Origin: Candidatus Tenderia sp.
GTDB taxonomy: Bacteria > Pseudomonadota > Gammaproteobacteria > Tenderiales > Tenderiaceae
Length of the DNA stretch: 42,765 nucleotides
Direction: 5' to 3'
Assembly: GCA_043755075.1 (NCBI GenBank)
Contig: JAYUTP010000003.1
Span: forward strand, 1-42,765
The translations under genes were made by a program, and so were the position numbers. The notes under the pieces were generated by a model. It did no database searches and had not been told where the DNA came from. It saw only the letters and a list, made by a program, of their open reading frames with translations. Of the stretch, positions 21,294 to 32,246 are shown one piece after another (positions within the stretch are counted from its first letter, which is position 1; every line of letters begins with the position of its first letter).

Positions 21294-22064
21294 ATGACCA
21301 TCAAGATTAAGTGCCCTGAAGAGATTGAGAAGATGCGCGTTGCTGGCCGTTTGGCTGCCGAGGTGCTAACTATGATCGAGCCCTATATCAAGCCTGGCAT
21401 CACCACTGGCGAGCTTGACCGCATCTGTCACGACTACATGATCAACGTTCAGCAGGCAATTCCGGCACCCCTTAACTACCACGGCTTTCCCAAATCGATA
21501 TGTACCTCAGTTAACCACCAGGTCTGTCATGGCATTCCGAGCGATAAAGTGCTGAAGAGCGGCGACATTATCAATGTTGATATCACCGTCATCAAGGATG
21601 GCTACCACGGCGATACCAGCAAGATGTTCTATATAGGTGAGCCATCAATCCTAGCACGCCGTGTCACTGAAGCCAGCTATGAATGCCTTAAGCGTGGCAT
21701 CGAGATGGTCGAGCCAGGCAAGCGACTCGGGGACATCGGCCACGTCATCCAGACCTATGCCGAGGGGCTAGGTTTTTCCGTAGTGCGTGAATACTGTGGC
21801 CACGGCATCGGTAGCGGATTTCATGAAGAGCCTCAGGTCGTCCACTACGGCACACCTAACACCGGGGTGGAGATACTTCCTGGCATGATCTTTACTATCG
21901 AACCAATGATCAATGTCGGCAAGCGTCATGTAAAACTGCTGCCCGATCAATGGACGGTAGTCACCAAGGATCGCAGCCTTTCCGCCCAGTGGGAACACAC
22001 TATCCTAGTAACGGAGACCGGCCATGAGATCCTCACCCTGCGCCCGGAAGAGACGCTAGTCTGA
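21294..22064 (+). CDS. map: Methionine aminopeptidase type I
   Basis: SICTSVNHQVCHGIP, GHGIG, FTIEPM and SAQWEHT motifs. Confidence 0.99.
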   Translation: MTIKIKCPEEIEKMRVAGRLAAEVLTMIEPYIKPGITTGELDRICHDYMINVQQAIPAPLNYHGFPKSICTSVNHQVCHGIPSDKVLKSGDIINVDITVIKDGYHGDTSKMFYIGEPSILARRVTEASYECLKRGIEMVEPGKRLGDIGHVIQTYAEGLGFSVVREYCGHGIGSGFHEEPQVVHYGTPNTGVEILPGMIFTIEPMINVGKRHVKLLPDQWTVVTKDRSLSAQWEHTILVTETGHEILTLRPEETLV

Positions 22065-22066
22065 TC

Positions 22067-24712
22067 GTGCCCGATATCACCTCCATCCTTGATGAAGCAC
22101 TGTTCATCGATGAATTGCAGAGTGGCAAACCGGCGGTCCAGCTCTTCCGCGAGACATTACGCAACAGCAAGCAGAAGATAAAAGAGCTGTTTCTTCAGGG
22201 TGATAGCGCCGCCATGTTGGTGCCCATCCAATCGATATTGATCGATCGCCTACTGCACCACGCCTGGCGCGACTATTTCTCCAGCAATGACAACAGCATT
22301 GCCCTGATCGCCGTCGGCGGTTATGGCCGTGGAGAACTGCATCCTGGCTCCGACATCGACATCCTCATCCTGCTACGCAACAACGAACAGGATCACTACC
22401 GCGAAGCGCTGGAGTTATTTGTCATGTTCCTCTGGGACATCGGTCTCGAAGTGGGCCACAGTGTCCGCTCACTGCAAGAGTGTGTTGAGCAGGCCAGCCT
22501 CGACATCACCATTGCCACTAATCTAATGGAATCACGATTATTGTCTGGCCCCGCCGATCTCTACGCCACCATGCGTCAGCAGACCGGCGCCGACCAAATT
22601 TGGACCAGTCGCGAATTTTTTGAAGCCAAGTGGGAAGAACAGATCCGCCGCCACCGCAAGTTTGATGATACCTCCTACAACCTCGAACCCAACATCAAGG
22701 AAGGCCCCGGCGGGATGCGTGACATTCAGATGATCGGTTGGGTCGCCAAGCGCCACTTCAACGCCACCACCTTGCACGATCTGGTCACTCACAACTTTCT
22801 CACCGAGGATGAATACACTGAACTGATGGAGGGGCAGATATTCCTCTGGAAGATCCGCTTTGCCCTTCACGTCCTGACCAAACGCCGCGAAGATCGGCTA
22901 CTGTTCGACTACCAGCGCATCCTTGCCGAACAATTTGGTTACAAAACTCGGGACTCAGTGCTCGCTGTTGAGCAGTTCATGAAACAGTACTATCGCACCA
23001 TCATGGAGCTGAATCGTCTCAACGAAATGCTGTTACAGCTCTTTCAGGAGGCAATCCTGCTGAGCGAGGATACCGACACCCCCACTCCGCTCAACAAACG
23101 TTTTCAGATTCGCAAAGGGTTTATCGAAGTAACCCACAATCGGGTTTTTCAATACTATCCCTTCGCCTTACTCGAAATATTTCTGCTGATTCAGCAGAAC
23201 CCCGGCATCAAAGGGGTGCGCGCCACCACCATTCGCCTCATCCGAAAGCACCGCGACCGCATCGACGACAAGTTCCGTCAGGATCTGCGCAACCGCAGTC
23301 TCTTCATGGAGATTTTCCGTCAACCACTGGGATTGACCCATGAACTGCGACGCATGAACCGTTACGGCATCCTCGCTCGTTATCTACCGCCCTTTGGAAA
23401 AGTTGTCGGTCTGATGCAGTACGACCTTTTCCACATTTACACCGTCGATGAACACACCCTAATGGTGATACGCAACCTGCGCCGCATCAGCCGACCCGAA
23501 TATGAACACGAGCTGCCCTTCTGTAGTCAACTGAGCAAAAAAATTCCCAAGCCGGAGCTTCTCTACCTTGGCGCACTCTTTCATGATATCGCCAAGGGCC
23601 GCGGCGGCGACCATTCCGAACTTGGGGCTGTTGATGCGTTGGAGTTCTGCCAGCACCATGGCCTCAGCAACTACGACTCACGGCTGGTAGCGTGGCTGGC
23701 AAAAAACCACCTCTTGATGTCAAGTACGGCACAGCGCAAAGACATCAGCGACCCTGAGGTAATCGCCACCTTCGCCAGCGTAATGGCCGATAAAGATCGG
23801 CTCGATTACCTTTATTTGCTAACCGTTGCTGACATTCGTGCCACCAACAAAACACTCTGGAACAGCTGGAAGGATTCGCTCCTTTACGATCTCTATCAAT
23901 CCACCCAGCGGGTACTGAGACGTGGACTAGAGAACCCCATCGATCACAGCGAATTGATTGGCGAAACCAAAGAGAGTGCGCTAAAGCGGTTGAGTAAACT
24001 CAATGTCAACGCCGAGTCGATTACAAAACTCTGGGCCAGCCTGCCCGAAGATTACTTCCTGCGCCACAGCGCCGACGAAATTGCTTGGCACAGTGAAGCA
24101 ATCATCCTCAATACGAATCGTGAGTTCCCGCTGATTTTGGTGCAACAAGAGGCTGAACGCGGCGGCACGGAAATCTTCATCCACATGCCACACGCCAATC
24201 ACCTCTTCGCCGCCATCACCCGCACCCTTGACCAACTCAGGCTCACCGTTGTCTACGCCCGTATCATCACCTCCGACAAGGACTTCACCTTCGATACCTA
24301 TGTAGTACTTGAAGAGAATGGTGCCACCATCAGCAGCGGCCATCGCATCATGGATATCCTTACCCAGCTCAAATATGAATTGAGCCAATCCTGTTTCACC
24401 GCCAAAGGCATCCAACGGCGCACGGCGCGGCAACTCAAACATTTTAATACACCAACACAGGTCAGCTTCAACCAGGATACACGCAACCAGCGGACTGTCA
24501 TGGAACTGATCACGGCCGACCGCCCCGGCCTGCTCTCCGACGTCGGTCGGGCACTAATGGAGTGCAACATCTACCTGCAAAATGCCAAAATCTGCACTGT
24601 TGGCGAACGGGTAGAAGATGTGTTTTTCATCGTCGATGGCGACGAAAATCCCATCACCGATGAAGCTCAGCTCACCACGCTGCAACAAAAACTGCTCAAC
24701 TATCTGGCGTAA
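22067..24712 (+). CDS. glnD: [Protein-PII] uridylyltransferase
   Basis: AVGGYGRGELHPGSDIDI, HD domain (LFHDIAKGRGGDHS) and two ACT domains (DRPGLL); follows map. Confidence 0.98.
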   Translation: MPDITSILDEALFIDELQSGKPAVQLFRETLRNSKQKIKELFLQGDSAAMLVPIQSILIDRLLHHAWRDYFSSNDNSIALIAVGGYGRGELHPGSDIDILILLRNNEQDHYREALELFVMFLWDIGLEVGHSVRSLQECVEQASLDITIATNLMESRLLSGPADLYATMRQQTGADQIWTSREFFEAKWEEQIRRHRKFDDTSYNLEPNIKEGPGGMRDIQMIGWVAKRHFNATTLHDLVTHNFLTEDEYTELMEGQIFLWKIRFALHVLTKRREDRLLFDYQRILAEQFGYKTRDSVLAVEQFMKQYYRTIMELNRLNEMLLQLFQEAILLSEDTDTPTPLNKRFQIRKGFIEVTHNRVFQYYPFALLEIFLLIQQNPGIKGVRATTIRLIRKHRDRIDDKFRQDLRNRSLFMEIFRQPLGLTHELRRMNRYGILARYLPPFGKVVGLMQYDLFHIYTVDEHTLMVIRNLRRISRPEYEHELPFCSQLSKKIPKPELLYLGALFHDIAKGRGGDHSELGAVDALEFCQHHGLSNYDSRLVAWLAKNHLLMSSTAQRKDISDPEVIATFASVMADKDRLDYLYLLTVADIRATNKTLWNSWKDSLLYDLYQSTQRVLRRGLENPIDHSELIGETKESALKRLSKLNVNAESITKLWASLPEDYFLRHSADEIAWHSEAIILNTNREFPLILVQQEAERGGTEIFIHMPHANHLFAAITRTLDQLRLTVVYARIITSDKDFTFDTYVVLEENGATISSGHRIMDILTQLKYELSQSCFTAKGIQRRTARQLKHFNTPTQVSFNQDTRNQRTVMELITADRPGLLSDVGRALMECNIYLQNAKICTVGERVEDVFFIVDGDENPITDEAQLTTLQQKLLNYLA

Positions 24713-24717
24713 CAATA

Positions 24718-25281
24718 ATGGTGCGAGTGACGCAACACATTACCCCCATCACCTTGGCCCTGCTCTCTGTTCTGTTTGCCATTATAGGCAACAGCGCCAC
24801 CGAACTACTGCGCTATCAATCAGATCTATTCAATACTGGTGAAGTGTGGCGATTGCTCAGCGGCAACCTCGTCCACCTCGGCTGGTCACACATGATACTC
24901 AACGTGCTGGGGCTCGGGCTCATCTGGGGGCTCTTTTGGAACACCTTCGAAACACGCATCTGGCCGCTTATCACACTCATCAGCGCCATCACCGTTACCC
25001 TAGGTCTCTACTGGCTGATCCCAGAGATGGTCTGGTATGTCGGCCTCTCCGGTCTGCTGCATGGATTGTTTGTCGCGGGTGCCATCGGTGGCATTCGCCG
25101 TGGTGACCGCCGCGAAGCGATTCTGCTCGTCGCCATCATCGGCAAACTGCTTTGGGAACAAATCTACGGCCCGCTACCCGGCACCGCTGACATGGTAGGC
25201 GGGCCGGTGATAGTCGAGTCACATCTATTTGGAGCCATTGGCGGAGCAATGGCAGCGCTAATCTTCAAGCCACGCATGTGA
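24718..25281 (+). CDS. rrtA: Rhombosortase (GlyGly-CTERM-processing rhomboid protease)
   Basis: LRY...GEVWRLLSGNLVHLGWSHMILN, catalytic YVGLSGLLHG, KLLWEQ and SHLFGAIGG, matching the rhombosortase subfamily pattern. Confidence 0.85.
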   Translation: MVRVTQHITPITLALLSVLFAIIGNSATELLRYQSDLFNTGEVWRLLSGNLVHLGWSHMILNVLGLGLIWGLFWNTFETRIWPLITLISAITVTLGLYWLIPEMVWYVGLSGLLHGLFVAGAIGGIRRGDRREAILLVAIIGKLLWEQIYGPLPGTADMVGGPVIVESHLFGAIGGAMAALIFKPRM

Positions 25282-25330
25282 TGCTGATATCACAACGAGC
25301 ATCAGCGATTGCCGCCGAATATAACTACCA

Positions 25331-26524
25331 ATGAAATCACACACCAACACTCCCGACGTCATTATCATCGGTGCCGGTGCTGCCGGACTGATGTGCGCCA
25401 TCGAGGCGGGCAAGCGCGATCGTAACGTGCTAGTACTCGACCAAGGCAACAAAGCGGGTCGCAAGATACTCATGTCTGGCGGCGGCCGCTGCAACTTTAC
25501 CAACTACGACGTCAGCCCCGACAACTTTCTCGGTCATAACCCCCACTTCTGCAAATCAGCATTGAGTCGTTTCACCCAGTGGGACTTTCTCGCCATGGTC
25601 AACGAACATCAGATTGCATTTCACGAACGCGACCACGGCCAGCTCTTTTGCGATGACAGCGCCAAAGATATTCTCAACATGCTGCTCGAAGAGAATAAAA
25701 AAGTCGGCACCCGCATCCAACTCAACACCGAAATATACAAAGGCCACAAGCTCGAAGATGGCGGTTTCAGCCTCAAAACATCACAAGGTGACTACCTCTG
25801 CCAATCACTCGTCATCGCCAGCGGTGGACTCTCCATCCCCACCATGGGCTCATCCCCCTTTGGTTACAAAATCGCCGAGCAGTTCGGCATCAATGTCTGG
25901 CCTACCCAAGCCGGACTCGTCCCCTTCACCCTGCAACCGGCAGATAAAGAAAAGTATTCCACACTCACTGGCATTGCCATCGACGCCAGCATCAGTAACA
26001 GCCGCACCAGCTTTCGCGAGAACCTGCTCTTCACCCATCGTGGTCTCAGCGGGCCATCGATCTTGCAAATCTCTTCCTACTGGCAACCCGGCGAAACCGT
26101 CACCATCAACCTGCTGCCAGACCACAACCTGATCGATGAACTCAAACAGGCGCAGCAACAACACCCGCAACAACAGATCAAAACCGTGCTCTGCAAACAT
26201 CTGCCCAAGCGCGTCGTCACCACCTTCATCGCCGAAGCACAACTCGAAAAGAGTCTCGCCGACACGTCGCACAAAGAGTTCGAAGCCATTGCCCACACCC
26301 TGCAACAGTGGCAGATAAAACCCGCCGGCACCGAAGGCTACCGCACCGCCGAAGTCACCACCGGCGGCATCGACTGCGACGCCATCTCCTCCAAAACAAT
26401 GGAAGCAAAAGAGGTCGCCGGGCTCTACTTTATCGGTGAAGTGTTGGATGTAACCGGCTGGCTCGGCGGCTACAACTTCCAATGGGCCTGGGCATCAGGG
26501 TGGTGTGCGGGGCAATATGTGTGA
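25331..26524 (+). CDS. BaiN/HI0933 (YhiN)-family NAD(P)/FAD-dependent oxidoreductase
   Basis: IIIGAGAAG, KILMSGGGRCNFTN, LFTHRGLSGP and GWLGGYNFQWAWASG motifs. Confidence 0.95.
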   Translation: MKSHTNTPDVIIIGAGAAGLMCAIEAGKRDRNVLVLDQGNKAGRKILMSGGGRCNFTNYDVSPDNFLGHNPHFCKSALSRFTQWDFLAMVNEHQIAFHERDHGQLFCDDSAKDILNMLLEENKKVGTRIQLNTEIYKGHKLEDGGFSLKTSQGDYLCQSLVIASGGLSIPTMGSSPFGYKIAEQFGINVWPTQAGLVPFTLQPADKEKYSTLTGIAIDASISNSRTSFRENLLFTHRGLSGPSILQISSYWQPGETVTINLLPDHNLIDELKQAQQQHPQQQIKTVLCKHLPKRVVTTFIAEAQLEKSLADTSHKEFEAIAHTLQQWQIKPAGTEGYRTAEVTTGGIDCDAISSKTMEAKEVAGLYFIGEVLDVTGWLGGYNFQWAWASGWCAGQYV

Positions 26525-26940
26525 AAGGTGGATAATATATTTGGTTCAAACCATGGGCCGAATAGCAGCACCAATCGGCTCAACCCCACTTTCGCGACAC
26601 ATTTCACAGCCACTAGATCATGCTTCTTCAAACTGTTATGCAACTACTCATCAGGGGATGAATGCCCTTGTCGGGACAGCGACTAATCCGGGGAAGTTAA
26701 TGATAAAAATACCAAATAAAGGAGAAGTATGGACGCCTGTTCATAGAGCATTCGAGGTAGTGAATATGACGATGAACCATAAATTATGACCGCAATCTCA
26801 ATATCACTCTCCGTGTGCTAATTTTTAAAAAATAATCAATATGCTGATGCACTATCGCTGGGTTAGCACAATCATTCGGGGCTAGCGAGGTTAAAACTTT
26901 AAATATCAACCCATACAGGTTAGTATTACGCTTTATATTT

Positions 26941-27057
26941 TTGCTATTGATACGCTCATGCTGTGGATTGATCACCTCCAGTACCATGGGCGGCTTCATC
27001 CACATTCTTCTAGTCATCGCCGTCGTGATGGTATTACTGAGCGTAATCAACGGCTGA
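26941..27057 (+). pseudogene. lmo0937-family small membrane protein, probably degraded
   Basis: Reads GLITSSTMGGFIHILLVIAVVMVLLSVING*. GGFIHILLVIA is the family signature. The usual MLWTIA-type N-terminus is not in frame. Missing from the ORF track (under 60 aa). Confidence 0.6.
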
Positions 27058-27136
27058 CGCCACCTGTTAAATAGACGAATTTACCGCAAATTTTTTTATA
27101 CCCTTTGGGTAAAATATTCTAACTCAGGAGATAAAA

Positions 27137-27394
27137 ATGATGAAATCTGGAAAATATATCGCTACAGCATTTTCAATGGGCATTCTGATTGCAGCGCTTT
27201 CCGGGTGCAATGAGGGGCCGGCAGAAAAAGCCGGAAAACAACTTGACGACGCGGTGGATAAAACAGAGGAACAGCTTGAAAATACCGGCGACAAGATCAT
27301 GGATACAGCTGGCGATGTCGGCGATGCGATCAGTGATACTGTCGATGACGCCGGTGACAAATTCAATGATGCTGTTGAGAACGCCAAGGAATAA
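27137..27394 (+). CDS. Small acidic lipoprotein with LEA/CsbD-like repeats
   Basis: AGGAG ribosome-binding site, lipobox LSG-C, and EGPAEKAGKQLDDAV followed by repeated DxAGDK-type units. Confidence 0.85.
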   Translation: MMKSGKYIATAFSMGILIAALSGCNEGPAEKAGKQLDDAVDKTEEQLENTGDKIMDTAGDVGDAISDTVDDAGDKFNDAVENAKE

Positions 27395-27399
27395 TGCCC

Positions 27400-27461
27400 T
27401 AGCGCCAAGTAGTAACATCCTCTAAGTGAGCACACTCAGGGGGCATTGCTATTTGGCGCTA
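27400..27461. repeat. Long imperfect inverted repeat (29-bp arms, 4-nt loop)
   Basis: Left arm TAGCGCCAAGTAGTAACATCCTCTAAGTG versus reverse complement of right arm TAGCGCCAAATAGCAATGCCCCCTGAGTG (22/29). Confidence 0.75.
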
Positions 27462-27729
27462 ACAATTAATCTTTAGCACAGACAACAACCACTACAACCT
27501 GTATCCGCGACTTCATTCATCGTTCATACCAAATAATCTGCTTTGCGCCACAACCCCCAGCATTTTACTATTCCATTATTAATGTGTGATGCACGCCTAG
27601 GTATAACAATGCCTGTTCTCCGTGCTTAACCACACACATACTGCAAAATTACCTCATCTATGCCGACTTGATTTATCTGGCTGGAAGTAGCCAGGTTGAA
27701 TTGCCAGATGCCCTGAAGGCAATCAAGTA

Positions 27730-28107
27730 CTAACGATGCAGACGCTGCTCTTTTATAAACTCACACCACGCCTCTAGTAGCTGGCGAAAATCATCTAGCC
27801 CACAACTCGCCTGGGACTCTTCATCGTAATGGCTAAGCTCTTCCGGCGCCTCATCAGCCAGATCATCGAGCAACGCGGCGCGCACCTCAACGCCCTCCTG
27901 CGTCATGGTCAACATAAACTCCCGGCCAGGGTGGCGATGTTCCCAGCACGCCCGGTTTTGCAACTGTGCGATCTTCTCAAGCAACACACCGACCACCACA
28001 AGATCAGTCGCCACCTCCTCGATCAGCCATAGGCCCAAGGCCTCGTGGCCCATTGAGAGTTCGGCTTTGTAGCGGCCATGCAGGTCGCGGCGAAATTCAT
28101 AATCCAT
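27730..28107 (-). CDS. YacL (UPF0231) family protein
   Basis: MDYEFRRD, SMGHEALGLWL and YDEESQASCGLDDF motifs. Confidence 0.85.
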   Translation of the reverse strand: MDYEFRRDLHGRYKAELSMGHEALGLWLIEEVATDLVVVGVLLEKIAQLQNRACWEHRHPGREFMLTMTQEGVEVRAALLDDLADEAPEELSHYDEESQASCGLDDFRQLLEAWCEFIKEQRLHR

Positions 28108-28278
28108 GATTTTGTCTTGTGGTTGTTGGCAGTAAAAGTGAGATTATTCCGTAAAAATCGCCTTAACGCACATCAATACTACCGCGCCCCGCCGACCGAG
28201 ATGCTTCAGCAGCATCCGCGCCATATGGCTTACAATATGGCCAATTGTTGATTAGACAGAATCCCAAAGGATCCCACC

Positions 28279-29667
<1,389 letters not shown>

Positions 29668-29716
29668 AGCACAATTTAACTAAACACAGCCCAGAGACAA
29701 CTTAGGAGATAACACC

Positions 29717-30109
29717 TTGCCAATACATTGGCTCGCCGCACTAAAACTCGTCCCATGGGGCACTGTACTTGAAGCCGCCCCACACATCGTCAAAGGGGCA
29801 AAAACCCTCATCGCCAAAACCAAGGCCGATGCGGCGACTCAACCTGAAACCTCATCCACACCAGAAGCCCCGCTCTCAGATAGCGACAAGTTAATAAAGC
29901 TTAACCATCGCGTTCTGGAGATGCAGAAACAGATCAACGAGCTAAGCGCGGAACAGAAAACATCGGCAGAACTGATCAAGCTGCTTGCCGAGCAGAATGC
30001 AGCGGTGGTTAAAGCGATTGAGGTCTTTAGGATTCGGACGAGGGTGCTTATGGTTGTCTGTGCGTTGTTGGCGGGCGCGCTGGCGATGGTCACGTACGGG
30101 CTTAGATAG
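29717..30109 (+). CDS. Hypothetical protein with coiled coil and C-terminal transmembrane helix
   Basis: AGGAG ribosome-binding site before TTG. WLAALKLVPW N-terminus, heptad region and hydrophobic tail. Confidence 0.75.
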   Translation: MPIHWLAALKLVPWGTVLEAAPHIVKGAKTLIAKTKADAATQPETSSTPEAPLSDSDKLIKLNHRVLEMQKQINELSAEQKTSAELIKLLAEQNAAVVKAIEVFRIRTRVLMVVCALLAGALAMVTYGLR

Positions 30110-30175
30110 AGCTTGTTTTGAGCATACTATGATAAAGTTTAGGCAAGTGGTTTGTAATCATTAAAGAGAATGTAA

Positions 30176-30961
30176 ATGGCTGAAACACAAATTGAATGGA
30201 CGGATGCAACCTGGAACCCAGTCGCGGGCTGTTCCTTGGAAAGCGCGGGGTGCAAAAACTGTTATGCCATGAAAATGGCTAGGCGATTAGAGGCAATGGG
30301 GGTAGAAAAGTACAAAGGCCTTACCAAGAAACGCGGCAACAACATTACCTGGAATGGACGTGTTAAAGAAGACGAAGAATCCTTGCTAATCCCTTACAAA
30401 TGGAGAAAACCTCGCAAGATATTTGTTAATTCTATGAGCGATTTATTTCACGACACGGTTAGTGATAAATTCATACTTTCTGTTTGGAAAGTCATGAGCA
30501 ACACACCTCAACACAATTATCAAATTCTTACGAAGCGTCCAGAAAGAATGCTACAGGTTGTAAAGCATAATATAAAAACCGTATTGCCGAATGTATGGCT
30601 AGGAACAAGCGTAGAAAATAATGAAGTAACCGACCGAATAAACTTCCTACGCAAGACTCCCGCTTCAGTTCGATTCATATCTTTCGAACCACTTATCGAC
30701 TCCGTTGGCCCTGTAAACTTAAGGAGCATTCATTGGGCCATAGTTGGCGGCGAGAGCGGGAGCAACGCCAGACCCATTAAAGAAGAATGGATTGATGAAA
30801 TACATAAACAATGCGAAAAATACGACACCGCATTTTTCTTTAAACAATGGGGTTCGTGGGGAAAAGACAACCAGAAGCGCTCTAAAAAAGCTAACGGTCG
30901 TGAATACAGAGGTAAAATTTGGGATGAAATGCCAGCCACGATAGGTGGCGCAGCCGTATAA
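30176..30961 (+). CDS. DUF5131 (phage Gp37/Gp68-like) three-Cys, radical-SAM-like protein
   Basis: TQIEWTDATWNPVAGCSLESAGCKNCYA (Cx6Cx2C), IFVNSMSDLFH, QILTKRPER, FISFEPL, WAIVGGESG and FFFKQWG motifs. Confidence 0.93.
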   Translation: MAETQIEWTDATWNPVAGCSLESAGCKNCYAMKMARRLEAMGVEKYKGLTKKRGNNITWNGRVKEDEESLLIPYKWRKPRKIFVNSMSDLFHDTVSDKFILSVWKVMSNTPQHNYQILTKRPERMLQVVKHNIKTVLPNVWLGTSVENNEVTDRINFLRKTPASVRFISFEPLIDSVGPVNLRSIHWAIVGGESGSNARPIKEEWIDEIHKQCEKYDTAFFFKQWGSWGKDNQKRSKKANGREYRGKIWDEMPATIGGAAV

Positions 30962-30973
30962 CAGGGTGGCCTC

Positions 30974-32227
30974 GTGGTAAAGAAAATTATTGATTGGGAA
31001 TCTGGTGCCGAACTAGAAGAGCACACGAAGAAAAAACACGCCATTCTTGGTGATTATTTTAGGAAATACCTGATCACTCGCTGTCAGCTACCTCAGCAGG
31101 AAAAGTTCAGACTTGCCATTATCGATGGCTTCTCTGGTGCAGGTCTATATAAATGCGGAAGCTTCGGCTCCCCCCTAATTTTTGTCGACGTTCTTACCAA
31201 AACAACATGCGAGATCAACTTGAGCCGAGCAACTCAAGGATTGCGGCCAATAACAATTGAGTGCTTGCTAATTTTAAACGACGAATACAAAACAACAATC
31301 GAACAGCTTCGCAAAAATATCTCCCCTCTTTTGGCTGCGATAAAAGACGATGACCAAAACCTACGTATTGAACCCGAGTTCTATAATCATTCATTTAAAG
31401 AGATATACCCGGAAATAAAAAAAAGATTACTCACTGCAAAATGTAGAAATGTAATCTTCAACCTAGATCAATGTGGTTATTCAGACGTTCCAACAGAAAT
31501 AATAAGAGACATCATTAACTCATGGAGTTCAGCAGAAGTATTGCTAACCTTTATGATCGGCAGTCTATTAACGTATCTATCTCCAAAAAAAGATGCATCA
31601 GGTGTGCCTTTAGAACCCATTGTCAGGAACAAAATAGATGATCTACTGGAAAATGGTGATGTACTCCTTGGAAAAAAAGAATGGCTTGGCGAAGCTGAAA
31701 AGATTGTTTACTCACACTACAAAAACTGTGCAACCTACGTAAGCCCATTTTCAATAAATAACCCGAAAGGATGGCGCTATTGGCTGATGCACTTTGCAAA
31801 TTCATATCGGGCTCGACAAGTTTATAACGACATACTTCATAAAGATGGGGAGTCCCAAGCCCATTTTGGACGAGCAGGCTTGAACATGTTGTCATATGAC
31901 CCTCAAGACAAAGTACAGCTATATCTGTTTAATAAAAATTCGAGACAATCCGCTAAAGAAGCACTTTATGACGACATCCCAAGATTTGTTGCCGAGTCTG
32001 GCGACACACTCTCTATGCATGATTTTTATGCTGCCGCATACAGTGAAACACCAGCACATAGTGATGACATCCATGAAATGATCATGAAGAACCCTGACAT
32101 GGAGGTTATAACGGAGACAGGTGGTAAACGGAAGCAACCAAACACCATAAAAGCAAGCGACACCTTAAAACTAAGGAGTCAGAAAAGCATGTTTTTCATG
32201 TTCACGGACATGACCAATAAAAAATAA
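30974..32227 (+). CDS. tcmP: Three-Cys-motif partner protein (TcmP family), SAM-methyltransferase-like fold
   Basis: HTKKKHAILGDY, IIDGFSGAGLY...GSPL and FNLDQCGY motifs; 417 aa; starts 12 bp after the DUF5131 gene, its known partner. Confidence 0.85.
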   Translation: MVKKIIDWESGAELEEHTKKKHAILGDYFRKYLITRCQLPQQEKFRLAIIDGFSGAGLYKCGSFGSPLIFVDVLTKTTCEINLSRATQGLRPITIECLLILNDEYKTTIEQLRKNISPLLAAIKDDDQNLRIEPEFYNHSFKEIYPEIKKRLLTAKCRNVIFNLDQCGYSDVPTEIIRDIINSWSSAEVLLTFMIGSLLTYLSPKKDASGVPLEPIVRNKIDDLLENGDVLLGKKEWLGEAEKIVYSHYKNCATYVSPFSINNPKGWRYWLMHFANSYRARQVYNDILHKDGESQAHFGRAGLNMLSYDPQDKVQLYLFNKNSRQSAKEALYDDIPRFVAESGDTLSMHDFYAAAYSETPAHSDDIHEMIMKNPDMEVITETGGKRKQPNTIKASDTLKLRSQKSMFFMFTDMTNKK

Positions 32228-32246
32228 ACGCGGTAAGGCGAACCTT

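Noticed and set aside
26505-27050. ORFs 26505-26789 (+) and 26784-27050 (-) as real genes
   Set aside because: No recognisable motifs. The first overlaps the BaiN gene end and the second is antisense to the lmo0937-like remnant.
30176-32227. Prophage, suggested by the Gp37/Gp68 family name
   Set aside because: No structural, integrase, replication or lysis genes nearby, and no att-like direct repeats seen.
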